DNA of 64,000 nt from contig JAIOOW010000002.1 of assembly GCA_021414205.1 (NCBI GenBank), positions 18,692 through 82,691 of the forward strand. The letters are read 5' to 3'. The notes under the pieces are model-generated. The model ran no database searches and was not told the origin of the DNA. It saw nothing but the letters and a program-made list of their open reading frames with translations. How positions within the stretch are numbered: the first letter of the stretch is position 1; every line of letters begins with the position of its first letter. The DNA comes from Candidatus Anderseniibacteriota bacterium (GTDB taxonomy: Bacteria > Patescibacteriota > Andersenbacteria > UBA10190). The position numbers were made by a program, and so were the translations under genes. Shown here piece after piece: positions 1 through 10,580 of this stretch.

Positions 1-1
1 T

Positions 2-1324
2 CCAAGATTCTACGGAAACGATAATACATACTGGGGAAAGCGACTTGAAATCGAATATGGATTTTATATCGGGGTAATTCCATTAATGTTGGCAATTTGG
101 TATTTGGCTACACGGCGCCCGATGCATAGATTTTTTACTTGGCTTGGCGTTATCACATTCCTCCTAGCGCTCGGCTCATTATCCCCTTTTCGACTGCTTC
201 ACATTGAGCCATCGTTATGGATTTTCTCCGCCCCGGCTCGCTGGTTATTATTTACAACATTTTCGCTCAGCATATTCGCAGGATTTGGATTTGATGCGCT
301 ATGGAAAAATGGTAAATCAGCACAGAAATTTTTTGCAGTGGCATCTGGAATTATTTTTGCTGGAATATTGATGACAAATATTGCTTTATTTTTCGCACCA
401 GCACCGTCTTTGACTAAGCTGCAATCGATGCTTGTAAGCGCAAGAGCATCGAGCGTTTCTCTCGCATCACCGTACACGTCAATTGCTATTATTTCTTTTA
501 TTGCATTGCCGTTTACCGTCCGCCACAAGCACGGCAAAAAAATCATTCTAATACTATCCGCCCTTGATTTGATTATTATTGCATCTACGACTACGCCAAC
601 GCTTGCCTGGAAATCTATTTTGCAATCGCCTGCAACTATTCAGAGTTTGCCTCAAAATGTTATCGATCATCAATCTCGTATATATTCCATTCGAGATGGC
701 GGAGATACGGGCGCATATTTTACAGACCCATCATCTCGCGCAAATGCAGAAATTCGTCAGCAACAGAAAGATTTGCTCCTACCAATGATGTCTGCACAAT
801 TTAGTGTATACGGCGTAGAGTGGCCGGCATCGCTTGATATACAAGAAATAACCAATGCAACGTCCCAATTGCATTCGAATAACTCAGGCGAGATAGAAGA
901 TATACAGCTCGCTCAACAATTAAATATCGGGGCAGTGTTAACGCAGCAATCAGCAGGAAAAGTTTCTGTGCAGACTATGGACGCAAAACCAAGATTTGAT
1001 ATCAGCAGCGGCAGTGTTCAACTTGTGTCAGAAGAAGCGTCTCTATTACAGCTTGCTACAGATTCGGATACGGCATCCACCCTTATTATTCGCGACACGT
1101 ATTACCCCAATTGGCACGCATATATCGATGGTAATGAAGTGCCAATTCAAAAATCCCCACTCTTTTTCAGGAGCATTCAAGTGCCTGCAGGAAACCATGC
1201 AATTCTCATGAAATATCGCCAACGGACAATCAGAATAGGTGCATACATATCATGTATTGCAGCGATGTTACTAGTGATTATTGCAACAAAAAAACCACGA
1301 AACAAGTCCGTGGTATTAAAATAG
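2..1324 (+). CDS. YfhO-like GT-C membrane protein, 5'-truncated by the window edge
   Basis: Frame is open from nt 2 (PRFYGNDNTYWG...YIGVIPL). Multiple TM segments; C-terminal YfhO-type motif 'RDTYYPNWHAYIDG...VPAGNHAILMKY' followed by a TM helix. Confidence 0.8.
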   Translation, partial: PRFYGNDNTYWGKRLEIEYGFYIGVIPLMLAIWYLATRRPMHRFFTWLGVITFLLALGSLSPFRLLHIEPSLWIFSAPARWLLFTTFSLSIFAGFGFDALWKNGKSAQKFFAVASGIIFAGILMTNIALFFAPAPSLTKLQSMLVSARASSVSLASPYTSIAIISFIALPFTVRHKHGKKIILILSALDLIIIASTTTPTLAWKSILQSPATIQSLPQNVIDHQSRIYSIRDGGDTGAYFTDPSSRANAEIRQQQKDLLLPMMSAQFSVYGVEWPASLDIQEITNATSQLHSNNSGEIEDIQLAQQLNIGAVLTQQSAGKVSVQTMDAKPRFDISSGSVQLVSEEASLLQLATDSDTASTLIIRDTYYPNWHAYIDGNEVPIQKSPLFFRSIQVPAGNHAILMKYRQRTIRIGAYISCIAAMLLVIIATKKPRNKSVVLK

Positions 1325-1339
1325 AGTTCAACCAAAGCA

Positions 1340-2032
1340 TTACCATACCGCATGCAGCGTATATACGCCGCGATTTCCGAGCACGATCCCTCGACTCATG
1401 GCGTCCCAGGAATCGAATTCGATGTCAGCGGCGTTGAGAAGTAGTTTTTCTTTTGCGTCGCAGAATCGTTTACCAATTCTAATGACGATATTATTTCCTG
1501 CAACATTCCACTCCTCATCGGAATTGATATCGATGATTTTATCTCCGCCAAAAGGGTATATCCCGCGACCCTCAGCGCTCAAAAGAAGAGTATCATCCAT
1601 TAAGACTTCGATTCGATCAGCAGCAGCGTCAGATCCAATGGCGACTGAATTGCGTTTGATGCAACCATCCTCGGCTAACGTATAAATAGACCCTCCGACC
1701 CCGACGCACCATGCTTTGCATGCTTCATGAAAGACCATTTGGCGCTCTCGCAGTATTCCCGCAGGCATTTGAACCCAGTAAGAGTCTATGCACTCCATAG
1801 ATCTCCAGGTCAGTGCTTCTCCCGATAATTCCTCGCGTGTTTGCATGCCGTTCAAATATAGCGTGGCATTGTTTTTTCGTTTTTGTATACATGCAGTAAG
1901 GATTCCTTGTTCGGAAATTGCCCATGGAGCATCGACCGGAGCTTCTCGAAAGTTGCAGATTTCCAAAGTATCGAGCGGTGCCATACCAGTAACGGCTTGC
2001 TGAAATCGCGTAGCGTCAAGTGAAGTGTGCAT
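1340..2032 (-). CDS. Hypothetical protein (orphan, beta-rich, possibly propeller-like)
   Basis: 230-aa ORF fills the gap between genes and has its own upstream TTGACA-18-TAAATT promoter. No family motif recognised. Confidence 0.7.
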   Translation of the reverse strand: MHTSLDATRFQQAVTGMAPLDTLEICNFREAPVDAPWAISEQGILTACIQKRKNNATLYLNGMQTREELSGEALTWRSMECIDSYWVQMPAGILRERQMVFHEACKAWCVGVGGSIYTLAEDGCIKRNSVAIGSDAAADRIEVLMDDTLLLSAEGRGIYPFGGDKIIDINSDEEWNVAGNNIVIRIGKRFCDAKEKLLLNAADIEFDSWDAMSRGIVLGNRGVYTLHAVW

Positions 2033-2082
2033 GGAATGTGCCCTTTGCCAGTGAAATGTTCATTCGGAACCAATCGTAGATG

Positions 2083-2112
2083 AATTTACGCATAAATAAA
2101 TATAATTGTCAA
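2083..2112 (-). promoter_or_regulatory. Sigma70-type promoter for the 1340-2032 orphan
   Basis: Minus strand TTGACA (2112-2107), 18 nt, TAAATT (2088-2083); ACGATTGGTT follows 5 nt downstream. Confidence 0.65.
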
Positions 2113-2140
2113 TAACGCTACATTGTGCCAAAATACATTC

Positions 2141-3316
2141 ATGAAACTGCTATTTTCCGTGCCGAGCGGATACCATATACGGGAGCTTGTATTGCCGTTG
2201 CGAAGGCATTTGGAGGCGCAAAACGATATTACGGAAGTGCATGTTATAACCCCTGCTGCGAGCATATCTGTTCAAGTATTTCCAGAATGTGGCCAGAAGT
2301 TTATCTTTCATGAAAATCCGAAAAACGACTCCGGGCATAAAGAATTATTTTCTGCAATTCAGCCAGACCGAGTAATTACTAATACTGTTGGCCATGATGC
2401 TCTCGACGAACCCATTCTTCGCATTGCAAAGGAGATGAATATTCCAACAGTAACATTTATCGCAAGCTGGGATAACGTATGGAAAATTGAGCGACTGCTC
2501 AAAAACAATATACCTATTGCTATAGCAGATAGGTTTATTGTTTGGAACAGCATGATGAAAGAACATTTACTCCGAGTGTTCCCTCAAGTTTCTGAAAATA
2601 AGATCGCGATTATCGGCGCTCCAAGAATGGATTATTTTTCTCACATTGATCGCATTGCGAGTAAAGAAATAGTGTATTCAGTATTTGGATTTACGGATAT
2701 ATCTCGCCCATTTATTCATATCGCAACAACGGAACTGTATCCGATGGAATACATCGTAAAAGATATTAAACGAGGCGTGGATGAGAAAAAAATTCCGAAC
2801 AGTCCGTACTTGTATGCATCAGTGCATCCGGGGGGAGATTTGGAAAAATATAAAGCCTTTGAGCAATACGGAGTTACTGTACGATTCTCTCCTGGAAGAA
2901 AAGATCGCATCCCTCTGCAATCATTTCGATACTCCCCTACTGAACAGGATATTTATTTTTTAATCGGAGTATTTAAACACGCCGGGGTTTTAGCGAATCA
3001 CTCCTCTACAGTTGCGCTCGAATCTATGATTGCGGATATTCCTATTGTAAACGTAAAATACGGCATGAAGCTTGATTGGTGGAATTGGTACCGCAGCATG
3101 GTGTATAGGGATTTCCAGCAGCATTATGCTGATTTGGTTTCTGATGGCGCAACCCATATTGCCTCTTCGCCTAAGCAACTCGTAGAAGGTATTGCAACGT
3201 CGCTTACAAATCCGAGTGAGCAGCAACGTAACCGCGCAACAACGGCGAAAAAAATGATTACCACAACGGACGGTACCGCAAGTGAGAAAGTATTAGCGTA
3301 TATTATGGCAATATGA
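2141..3316 (+). CDS. GT-B fold glycosyltransferase (CDP-glycerol glycerophosphotransferase-like)
   Basis: Motifs 'TFIASWDN', 'IIGAPRMD', 'HSSTVALES' and 'DGTASEKV'. ATG at 2141 preferred over TTG at 2123. Confidence 0.7.
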   Translation: MKLLFSVPSGYHIRELVLPLRRHLEAQNDITEVHVITPAASISVQVFPECGQKFIFHENPKNDSGHKELFSAIQPDRVITNTVGHDALDEPILRIAKEMNIPTVTFIASWDNVWKIERLLKNNIPIAIADRFIVWNSMMKEHLLRVFPQVSENKIAIIGAPRMDYFSHIDRIASKEIVYSVFGFTDISRPFIHIATTELYPMEYIVKDIKRGVDEKKIPNSPYLYASVHPGGDLEKYKAFEQYGVTVRFSPGRKDRIPLQSFRYSPTEQDIYFLIGVFKHAGVLANHSSTVALESMIADIPIVNVKYGMKLDWWNWYRSMVYRDFQQHYADLVSDGATHIASSPKQLVEGIATSLTNPSEQQRNRATTAKKMITTTDGTASEKVLAYIMAI

Positions 3317-3975
3317 ATAATCGAGGAGCAATTACGCTAGTGTTTGATGACGGTTATAAGGACGTTTATGAGCAGGTCGTGCCTTTGCTTGCGCAATATA
3401 ATGTCAAAGCCGTGTTTGCTGTTCCGACATCTCCGGAAAATCAGAAGATTGCCAATGAGTTGGTAGGTAGTATTACAGATTGGAAAAAAGTCGCAGATGC
3501 ATGCGGCCACGAGCTTGCTGGGCATGGCGTTACGCATAATAGCTTGGCAACCATGCCAAAAAATGATATGCAGCAGGAATTGCAAAAGTCACAAGAAATA
3601 ATCAGTGCAACAAGTGTTGTGTACCCGGGCGGAGCATATAATGATGATGTACTTACTGAAACAAAAAAATATTTTACTGCAGGTAGAACAGTAAAATTCG
3701 GGCTTGAAACATTGCCTCCAAAAAAACCGTTCGAATTAAAAACCATAAACTACACGAAGAAGAATTTTAGCGTTGCTCGTGCAAATACATATGCCATGCT
3801 TGCATATTTGCAGGGCAAGTGGCTTATAGAAACATTTCATATGGTTAGAAATACGCATAGCGATATGAATCATTTTGTATATCTGGGCGATCTTGAAGCA
3901 CACTTGGATTTCATTACGTCATTGCCGATTCAAATTGATACAATAAGAGATAGTATGAAACGATATGCAAAATAA
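3313..3975 (+). CDS. Polysaccharide deacetylase (NodB/CE4)
   Basis: CE4 motifs 'TLVFDDG', 'HELAGHGVTH', 'YPGG' and a late 'TFH'. Confidence 0.85.
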   Translation: MNNRGAITLVFDDGYKDVYEQVVPLLAQYNVKAVFAVPTSPENQKIANELVGSITDWKKVADACGHELAGHGVTHNSLATMPKNDMQQELQKSQEIISATSVVYPGGAYNDDVLTETKKYFTAGRTVKFGLETLPPKKPFELKTINYTKKNFSVARANTYAMLAYLQGKWLIETFHMVRNTHSDMNHFVYLGDLEAHLDFITSLPIQIDTIRDSMKRYAK

Positions 3976-4747
3976 ATTACCAATTTCCGTTGTTATTATT
4001 ACAAAGAATGAGGAAAGCAATATTGCTGACTGTATTGCGTCTGTGCAATTTGCTCAAGAAGTTATCGTGGTCGATGCGCATAGTACTGACGAAACAGCAA
4101 GTATTGCAAAAAAACTGGGCGCAAATGTACTTGTTCGGCACTGGGATGGGTATGGATCGCAAAAAAACTTTGGAGCTCAGCAAGCAGCATGCAACTGGGT
4201 ATTATTTCTTGATGCAGATGAGCGGGTGTCATCGGAACTCCAGAAGGTATTACGCGATATGCTAGAGATCACGTGCAGCGTGTACTGGATAACCATACAA
4301 GATATCTTTCTTGGTAAGCGTATGACGCATTTAGTGGGGCACAATCCGCGACTCATTCAAAAAACATTGGCGCATTGGAACGATGCTCACGTTCATGAAA
4401 AAATGATCTATTCCGATTCGGATTCTCAGGCCAAATACAAAGATGGTATTTCTGGAGAAATTCACGCACCCATTGTTCATCAGTCATATACCAGTATCGG
4501 AGCATATTTAGATAAAATGCACCGCTATACGACCCTCGACGCACAAGAAATGCAAAAAACAAACACGCATCGCTCTGGTAAGGCTGTTTCAAAAAGTGTT
4601 CTCCTCCCCTTTTATTTGGCGTTCAAGCAATTTATAAAACTATGTTTTTATAGGCGAGGATTTTTAGACGGCTGGCAAGGCATTGTGTGGTGTGCCCTCT
4701 CGGCATACTATGAGTTTGAAATGGGGCAAAAATATAACGCATTATGA
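3965..4747 (+). CDS. GT2 glycosyltransferase (WaaE/KdtX-like)
   Basis: 'SVVIITKNEE', 'VVDAHSTD', 'WVLFLDADE', 'HVHE', 'GFLDGWQG'. Confidence 0.9.
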   Translation: MQNKLPISVVIITKNEESNIADCIASVQFAQEVIVVDAHSTDETASIAKKLGANVLVRHWDGYGSQKNFGAQQAACNWVLFLDADERVSSELQKVLRDMLEITCSVYWITIQDIFLGKRMTHLVGHNPRLIQKTLAHWNDAHVHEKMIYSDSDSQAKYKDGISGEIHAPIVHQSYTSIGAYLDKMHRYTTLDAQEMQKTNTHRSGKAVSKSVLLPFYLAFKQFIKLCFYRRGFLDGWQGIVWCALSAYYEFEMGQKYNAL

Positions 4748-5889
4748 GAATTCTCCACACCGCACTTCGGTATCCGCCTGCATCAGGGGGCGCTGAAAAA
4801 TACATTCAAAACATTGTCCAAAAAACGCGGAATGTTGAAAAGGACATGGACGTTCGCGTTCTTACAAGCGCGATGCGTACCCACGGGCCTATTTCGTATC
4901 TTAATCCCGATGCGCTCTTGGATGATCCGCCCTATGTTCAACGCCTATTTGTTTCTAGGACCCCGCTTGTATCATACCCGCGCCTGCAAGCATTGAATTA
5001 TTATATTGGTCACCATAAACCAGATATTCTGCATTCATATGGCTACTGGTATCAACCAGCCGATACTACAGCACGGTATGCTAAAAAACATAAGATACCG
5101 TTCATATTTCACCCTATTTATTATACAAATAGCGTCCGAAGAAAACCCATCTGGAAAGCGTACGATGCACTCATTGGCCGCAAAACATTTGAGCAGGCAG
5201 ATGCTGTTGCTGTTATATCGGAATATGAAAAACAGCTTATTGTAGATGCCGGATATAACGTAAAGCGATTTGTTCATATCCCCCCTGGCGTTGATATGAA
5301 ATTATTTTCCGAAAAACGAGAGAATCCGTTTGTGTCTCGAAATATTTCCGGAACAATTTTGCTATCCATTTCTCGCATCGCAAAATCCAAAGGCCTGCAA
5401 GATACTATCAGGGCGTTGCCGGAAATTAGAAAATCAATACCGGGTGCGTGCTTGGTTATTATCGGTGAAGATTTCGGATACAAAAAAGAATTAGAAACGA
5501 TTGCTGAAAAGCTTGGAGTGACAAATGCAGTACATTATTTTGGCAAAGCCACTGATGATGATGTTATAGCAGCTCTTCAGCACGCAGACGTGTTTATCCA
5601 TGCATCAACGTATGAGGCGTTCGGAATTGTGCTTGCAGAAGCCATGGCCGCAGGCCTCCCGATTGTAGCCAGAGAGTCTACGGCTATCCCCTATGTTGTC
5701 CCGAAAAATAAAGCTGGATTATTGTTCTCCAATAAAAAAGAGCTCGTACAAAATGTTATTTCTATTATAAAGATTCCGCAACTATCACAGCACCTTACTG
5801 ATTTTTCTGCGGAATTGGTGCGTACTACGTATTCCTGGGAACACTCTATTAAAACGCTTGAGAGTTTATATGAAGAATTCAGGAAATAA
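4744..5889 (+). CDS. GT4 glycosyltransferase
   Basis: 'YPPASGGAE' and 'EAFGIVLAEAMAAGLP'. Confidence 0.9.
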   Translation: MRILHTALRYPPASGGAEKYIQNIVQKTRNVEKDMDVRVLTSAMRTHGPISYLNPDALLDDPPYVQRLFVSRTPLVSYPRLQALNYYIGHHKPDILHSYGYWYQPADTTARYAKKHKIPFIFHPIYYTNSVRRKPIWKAYDALIGRKTFEQADAVAVISEYEKQLIVDAGYNVKRFVHIPPGVDMKLFSEKRENPFVSRNISGTILLSISRIAKSKGLQDTIRALPEIRKSIPGACLVIIGEDFGYKKELETIAEKLGVTNAVHYFGKATDDDVIAALQHADVFIHASTYEAFGIVLAEAMAAGLPIVARESTAIPYVVPKNKAGLLFSNKKELVQNVISIIKIPQLSQHLTDFSAELVRTTYSWEHSIKTLESLYEEFRK

Positions 5890-6940
5890 GAAGGTTCTTT
5901 TTCTTTCTCTTTCCGGAATCGGCAATTTGATCATGCAATTGCCAGCTATTAAAGTTGTTAAAGATGTGCATCCTGACTGGCATATTACTGTTTGTGTAGC
6001 ACCTCGAGGAACAAAAAGTATTGCACAGGCGCAATCGTATATTGATGAAGTTATTGAGATGCCTATTAAGGCGAGTATGTTAAAGCATGCAAAAAATATT
6101 CTCGCACTTCAGAAGCATCATTTTGATATAGGCGTTGTGTTATCCCCCGGCCAATTGCTAAAAAGCGCATTATATCTTTTTTTATCAGGAATTCCGGTTC
6201 GTATCGGTCACGCGTACCCGTTTCGCGGCAGGCAGCATGCCGATAATTTTCTTACTCAAGCGCTTATCGAGAAACCTCAGATGCACGATATTGAGCAAAA
6301 CCTTGAACTAGTTGAATCCTTACTAAGTGAGCCTGTAAGGTTTGGAACGTATGATTTTCAAATTCCCGAACATAGCATTGAAGAAGCGCAATATCTCTTA
6401 CAATCGCTCGTCCATAGCGCTGTATCCTCACCTATTTTTATTGGATTTCATCCGGGATCAGCGAAAGGGTTTACTTGGAAGCGTTGGCCATTGGAGCGAT
6501 TCGCAGAAGTTGCGCGAGCATTACATAAAAAGAATCCGAATACAATCTTTTTAATTTTTGGAAGTAACGATGAGGAGCAGCAGAAAAGAGAGCTCGTAAA
6601 TATGATAAACGAACATGCACCTTCAGCTGCATTTCATATTACTGCCCCCCTACTCACAACTGCTGCGATTATGAAGCGTTGTAGCCTCTTTATCTCAAAT
6701 GATTCTGGGCTCATGCACATAGCATCCGCCATAGACATTCCAACCATTGGCCTCTTCGGCCCCACAGACGAACGACAGACGGGCCCCAGGGGTTCTCATA
6801 GCGCTGCATTACGATCACAAGGCACTCAGCCAGTATATAACACTGAATCAGCGCCTAGCTTTGGCAATACTGCCCATAGCTCTATCCTTGAGATATCTTC
6901 CAAATTCGTACTTGACAATATACCAAGTAACGTCCTATAA
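5870..6940 (+). CDS. GT9 (heptosyltransferase-family) glycosyltransferase
   Basis: 'SGIGNLIM', 'FHPGS...KRWPLERF', 'SNDSGLMHIASA', 'GLFGPT'. Confidence 0.88.
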   Translation: MKNSGNKKVLFLSLSGIGNLIMQLPAIKVVKDVHPDWHITVCVAPRGTKSIAQAQSYIDEVIEMPIKASMLKHAKNILALQKHHFDIGVVLSPGQLLKSALYLFLSGIPVRIGHAYPFRGRQHADNFLTQALIEKPQMHDIEQNLELVESLLSEPVRFGTYDFQIPEHSIEEAQYLLQSLVHSAVSSPIFIGFHPGSAKGFTWKRWPLERFAEVARALHKKNPNTIFLIFGSNDEEQQKRELVNMINEHAPSAAFHITAPLLTTAAIMKRCSLFISNDSGLMHIASAIDIPTIGLFGPTDERQTGPRGSHSAALRSQGTQPVYNTESAPSFGNTAHSSILEISSKFVLDNIPSNVL

Positions 6941-6941
6941 T
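6912..6941 (+). promoter_or_regulatory. Perfect-consensus sigma70 promoter inside the last codons of the GT9 gene
   Basis: TTGACA (6912-6917), 18 nt, TATAAT (6936-6941). Confidence 0.75.
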
Positions 6942-6979
6942 ATTTTCGGGTGTTCTGGTCTTTTCTCAAGGGGTCTACC

Positions 6980-7099
6980 ATGGAAACTATCATCGATGCT
7001 TTTCGAACCGCAAGTCTGAGTTACTGGTTGGCATTGGGTGTCGTAGTGCTTGGTTTGTGTGTTGTTTGTTTTAAGCAAAGAAAACAAACAGGAAAATAA
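6980..7099 (+). CDS. Small single-TM protein, 39 aa (METIIDAFRTASLSYWLALGVVVLGLCVVCFKQRKQTGK); not in the ORF track
   Basis: Translated by hand. Consensus promoter and AAGGGG upstream of the ATG, terminator downstream; hydrophobic core with a basic tail. Confidence 0.7.
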   Translation: METIIDAFRTASLSYWLALGVVVLGLCVVCFKQRKQTGK

Positions 7100-7125
7100 A
7101 CGACCCGTTGCGCCACTTCGACCTT

Positions 7126-7160
7126 CTGCGTTCCTTTCTAGGGGCGCAGTTATTTATTTT
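7126..7160 (+). terminator. Rho-independent terminator after the 39-aa ORF
   Basis: CTGCGTTCCT-TTCT-AGGGGCGCAG stem (two G:U pairs) followed by TTATTTATTTT. Confidence 0.65.
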
Positions 7161-8380
7161 ATAGACATTTCTTTATAAAATTCTTCATGGTGTTTGGCAA
7201 TTTTTTCTTGTGTAAAGTTCTCTGCTACAGCATGTCGCGCATCTTTGCCCATTTGAACTGCTGTAAGCTGGCCCATCGTAAGTGCTTGAACAAGCGCGTC
7301 TTCTAGTTCGCGCACATTTCCTCGTTCAAATAATATCCCCGTTTTCTGATTATCAATCATTTCAACTGCTCCACCGACATTGCTTGCTATAACAATCTTT
7401 CCTCGTGCCATACCCTCTAGCACTGTTCTGCCAAATGGTTCTACCCACAGGTGCGGAGCAACAAGTATGCTAGCTTTATCTATAAGCGATCGAAGTCGAT
7501 GATACGGTACATGCGGCAAAAATGTCGTCCTATATCCAATCCCCCATAATGATGCCAGGTGCTCATATTCTTTTTGCTGCGCGCCATTTCCTGCGATAGT
7601 CAGATGAGCTTTCGGGTATTCTTTTGCAACACGCTTCCACGCTTCAAGAAGTAGTCGAACGCCTTTATACATCTCTACTCGGCCGATATATAAGATATTT
7701 CCAGCTACGCCAGCTTCTGTTGGGGTAGCAAGATATTCCTGCCCGATTGGATTATAGATAACGCTCGTGTGTTGCTTTGAAATATCCTGGTGTTGCGCAA
7801 TAACGGCCTGCTCTTCATGTGAAATAAATATTTGATGCTTAAAACTGGCAAAGGCATTTTTCCGATAGCCGCGATTATACATGTATTGCCAAATCCTAAA
7901 AGGTTTACGGATAAATGATGCTTCGTGTACTCGATGGCATTGCCATAACTCGTGCAATCCCTGGCAGCCTTGTTCAATATTGCCATTGTATTGAATATTA
8001 TTTGTACAGCCGGATATCTGCGCATAATCACGAGCCGTAACCACCGACTTTGGAGACTCGAGATGTGAGAGCATGAGCGCGCTCCTGAAATCATGGGCAT
8101 GAATAACATCATATGTTCGCCAATCTTTTATTGCTCGCTTAAACATCCTATACGATGCCGTGCTTTGTGCGCGTTCAAACAATGGTTTTTGCCGCAAGAA
8201 CAGCGGAACTACTTGCACGGGTACAGAATCAACGATTTTACGTTCTTTATGCTCCCCGTCTGTGACAACGAGCACGTCGTGTCCGAGAGAAATTAACCCT
8301 TGAGCAATGATGTGTGTTGAAATTTCCCCACCGCCCTTTGACTCGGGGGGGTATTGAGCTGAAATAAAAAGGATTTTCAT
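7154..8380 (-). CDS. GT4 glycosyltransferase
   Basis: 'YPPESKGGGE' and 'EPFGRTVLEGMARG'. Confidence 0.9.
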   Translation of the reverse strand: MKILFISAQYPPESKGGGEISTHIIAQGLISLGHDVLVVTDGEHKERKIVDSVPVQVVPLFLRQKPLFERAQSTASYRMFKRAIKDWRTYDVIHAHDFRSALMLSHLESPKSVVTARDYAQISGCTNNIQYNGNIEQGCQGLHELWQCHRVHEASFIRKPFRIWQYMYNRGYRKNAFASFKHQIFISHEEQAVIAQHQDISKQHTSVIYNPIGQEYLATPTEAGVAGNILYIGRVEMYKGVRLLLEAWKRVAKEYPKAHLTIAGNGAQQKEYEHLASLWGIGYRTTFLPHVPYHRLRSLIDKASILVAPHLWVEPFGRTVLEGMARGKIVIASNVGGAVEMIDNQKTGILFERGNVRELEDALVQALTMGQLTAVQMGKDARHAVAENFTQEKIAKHHEEFYKEMSIK

Positions 8381-9498
8381 AAATATTTTTTATAGAGCTC
8401 AAGTGTTTGTAAAGCCGCCTTATCCCAAGAAAACATCTTACTTCGCTGAAGCCCTTTTGCTATAAACGATTCTTTGATTCCGCCGCTTTCAAATAATTCC
8501 GAAATACTCTTTGCATACCCTTCGACATCATCGGGGCTATGCATAATCCCGGCATCCCCAACTACTTCCGGTAATGAGGTTGCGTTTGAACATACTACAG
8601 GGCAACCTGAAGCCATTGCTTCGAGTACAGGCATCCCAAATCCTTCTTGATAGGATGGCAGGAGAAGCGCATCTGCTACATGATATGCGTCTAGTAACAT
8701 TTCCTGAGAAATTTTTCCGAGTATGCGAATATTGTCTTTTAATGCCAACTCATCAACTATATGCAAAAATTCTTTCCTGGCATCAAGGAAGCCTGGTTCC
8801 CCAATTTTTAATAGCAATATGTTCGGATATTGCTCTTTAAGTTTTGCGATAACGTGCAGAGTTGTTGCAAGATTTTTTCGAGGGTGGTCGGATCCTACAG
8901 AAAGAATGATCGGGCTATCTTTGGGCAGCTGAAGACTTTTTACCAATTCATGATAGCTAATTGTCTTCTTAAAATCTTGTATAGGCTTAAAATCTTCATT
9001 CACCCCATTGTATATAACCGATATTCGTTTTTCTGAAATTCTAAAATATCGAACTATTTCCTTTTTCACATATTCTGAAACAGCGATAATATGATTCGCT
9101 TTTGTAATCCCGCCAAGTAAGCGCTTGTTTAAGAGCCTTGCAAGGGGGTGTTGGGGGTTTGTGAGTTCGATAATGTCATGCACCGTAACAACGGACGGTG
9201 TTCTGGTGTTTGCTATAAAAGACAGCGTTTGATTGGACAAGTCGTACCCCTCAAATGCTGGAATATTCTTTGCGAGACGCATCCAGGAAATACTTTTTGT
9301 TCCCAGAATGCTCGGCCATGGCGCTATTGATCCCGTAGCTGACCCGTCTACGGATAAGGTATTGCGCCCGCCATCTAGGACGATTGTATGGATCGCGAAA
9401 TCATCATCTTTTGGCATATGTAATGCAATCTGATGAGCGCGTGACCCAACTCCGGAATCCTCTTTAGCGTTTGTAATAATGGCAATATTTTTCTTCAT
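8377..9498 (-). CDS. GT4 glycosyltransferase (MtfB/WbdA-like)
   Basis: 'TVHDII', 'PRKNL', 'EGFGMPVLEAMASGCPV'. Start set at the ATGA overlap (MKKNIAII). Confidence 0.9.
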   Translation of the reverse strand: MKKNIAIITNAKEDSGVGSRAHQIALHMPKDDDFAIHTIVLDGGRNTLSVDGSATGSIAPWPSILGTKSISWMRLAKNIPAFEGYDLSNQTLSFIANTRTPSVVTVHDIIELTNPQHPLARLLNKRLLGGITKANHIIAVSEYVKKEIVRYFRISEKRISVIYNGVNEDFKPIQDFKKTISYHELVKSLQLPKDSPIILSVGSDHPRKNLATTLHVIAKLKEQYPNILLLKIGEPGFLDARKEFLHIVDELALKDNIRILGKISQEMLLDAYHVADALLLPSYQEGFGMPVLEAMASGCPVVCSNATSLPEVVGDAGIMHSPDDVEGYAKSISELFESGGIKESFIAKGLQRSKMFSWDKAALQTLELYKKYL

Positions 9499-10580
9499 AC
9501 CGTAAGAGACGTATATACTGCGACAGTTTTTTCTGCTACATCTTTCCAAGTTGTCTTGGTAGCTTGCGCAAGGCCTTTTTGAGTAAGCATGTTTTTCTTA
9601 TCTTCATCGTTTAGTAATTCAGCCATTTGTTTTGCAAGATTTTCTGTAAAATTCTGATCATGCAACCTGCTCTGTAATATGTCTCTAGAAAATGGCACGA
9701 CAATCCCTGCATCTCCAACTACTTCCGGCAACGATCCGCCATTGCTTACTATAACCGGCGTTCCGCATGCCATCGCTTCTTGTGGCGGGAATCCCCACCC
9801 TTCATATGTTGAAGGCCATACAAAAATATCAGCATTGCTATATAAGGCAGGCAAGTCGTTATACGGGACATTCTCACGGAACTTGATTCTATCCGCATAT
9901 GCAGATGCCTGGGCATACGCTTGAGATGTATCTTGTTTATTGGCTGGCTTCCCCGCAATTATAAGCATATGCGGAATTTTGTCCGCAATTAATTCAAATG
10001 CCTGTATGAGTGTCGTTATATTCTTGCGCTCATCCCATGTGCCGACAAATAGAATATATGGTGTACTTGGAGCTAGTTGGGTTGTGCTTGGCTTAAAATG
10101 TTCTGTATCAACAGCAAGTGTCGTAACGGTTATCTTGGATTCCGAAACATGTAATAATCTGCTGATATCTTGCTTGCTTTGCTGCGAAATCGTAATGATA
10201 CTATCTGCATGCGTTGCTGCGTATTGCAGTGTTTTGGGCCAATATTTTTTCCGTAAAAACGACTGCGTTTCAGGCAAGAGAAGAGGAATGACATCGTATA
10301 TAGTTACCACCGTAGGGGCGTATTTCTTGCGAGGAATTGCAGCCTTGGTAAAATGCACAATATCGGGATTGGTTGCCCGAATATGTTTTGCCACCGGCCC
10401 GCTAAGCCAATACGGCACGAGGAGCTCGGAACGCAACGGAGTCGCAGAATCTCTAGCCCCCGTTATGATATCGAGAGTAAGCTCATGATTTTTTTGTAGC
10501 TCAGCAATAATATTCTGAGCATACGATTTAATTCCGCCACTGGTAGCGGTAATAGCTCGCGCTTCAATTGCTATGTTCAT
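9495..10580 (-). CDS. GT4 glycosyltransferase (MtfB-like)
   Basis: 'TIYDVIP', 'ERKNI', '[17 protein letters not shown]'. Confidence 0.9.
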   Translation of the reverse strand: MNIAIEARAITATSGGIKSYAQNIIAELQKNHELTLDIITGARDSATPLRSELLVPYWLSGPVAKHIRATNPDIVHFTKAAIPRKKYAPTVVTIYDVIPLLLPETQSFLRKKYWPKTLQYAATHADSIITISQQSKQDISRLLHVSESKITVTTLAVDTEHFKPSTTQLAPSTPYILFVGTWDERKNITTLIQAFELIADKIPHMLIIAGKPANKQDTSQAYAQASAYADRIKFRENVPYNDLPALYSNADIFVWPSTYEGWGFPPQEAMACGTPVIVSNGGSLPEVVGDAGIVVPFSRDILQSRLHDQNFTENLAKQMAELLNDEDKKNMLTQKGLAQATKTTWKDVAEKTVAVYTSLTV

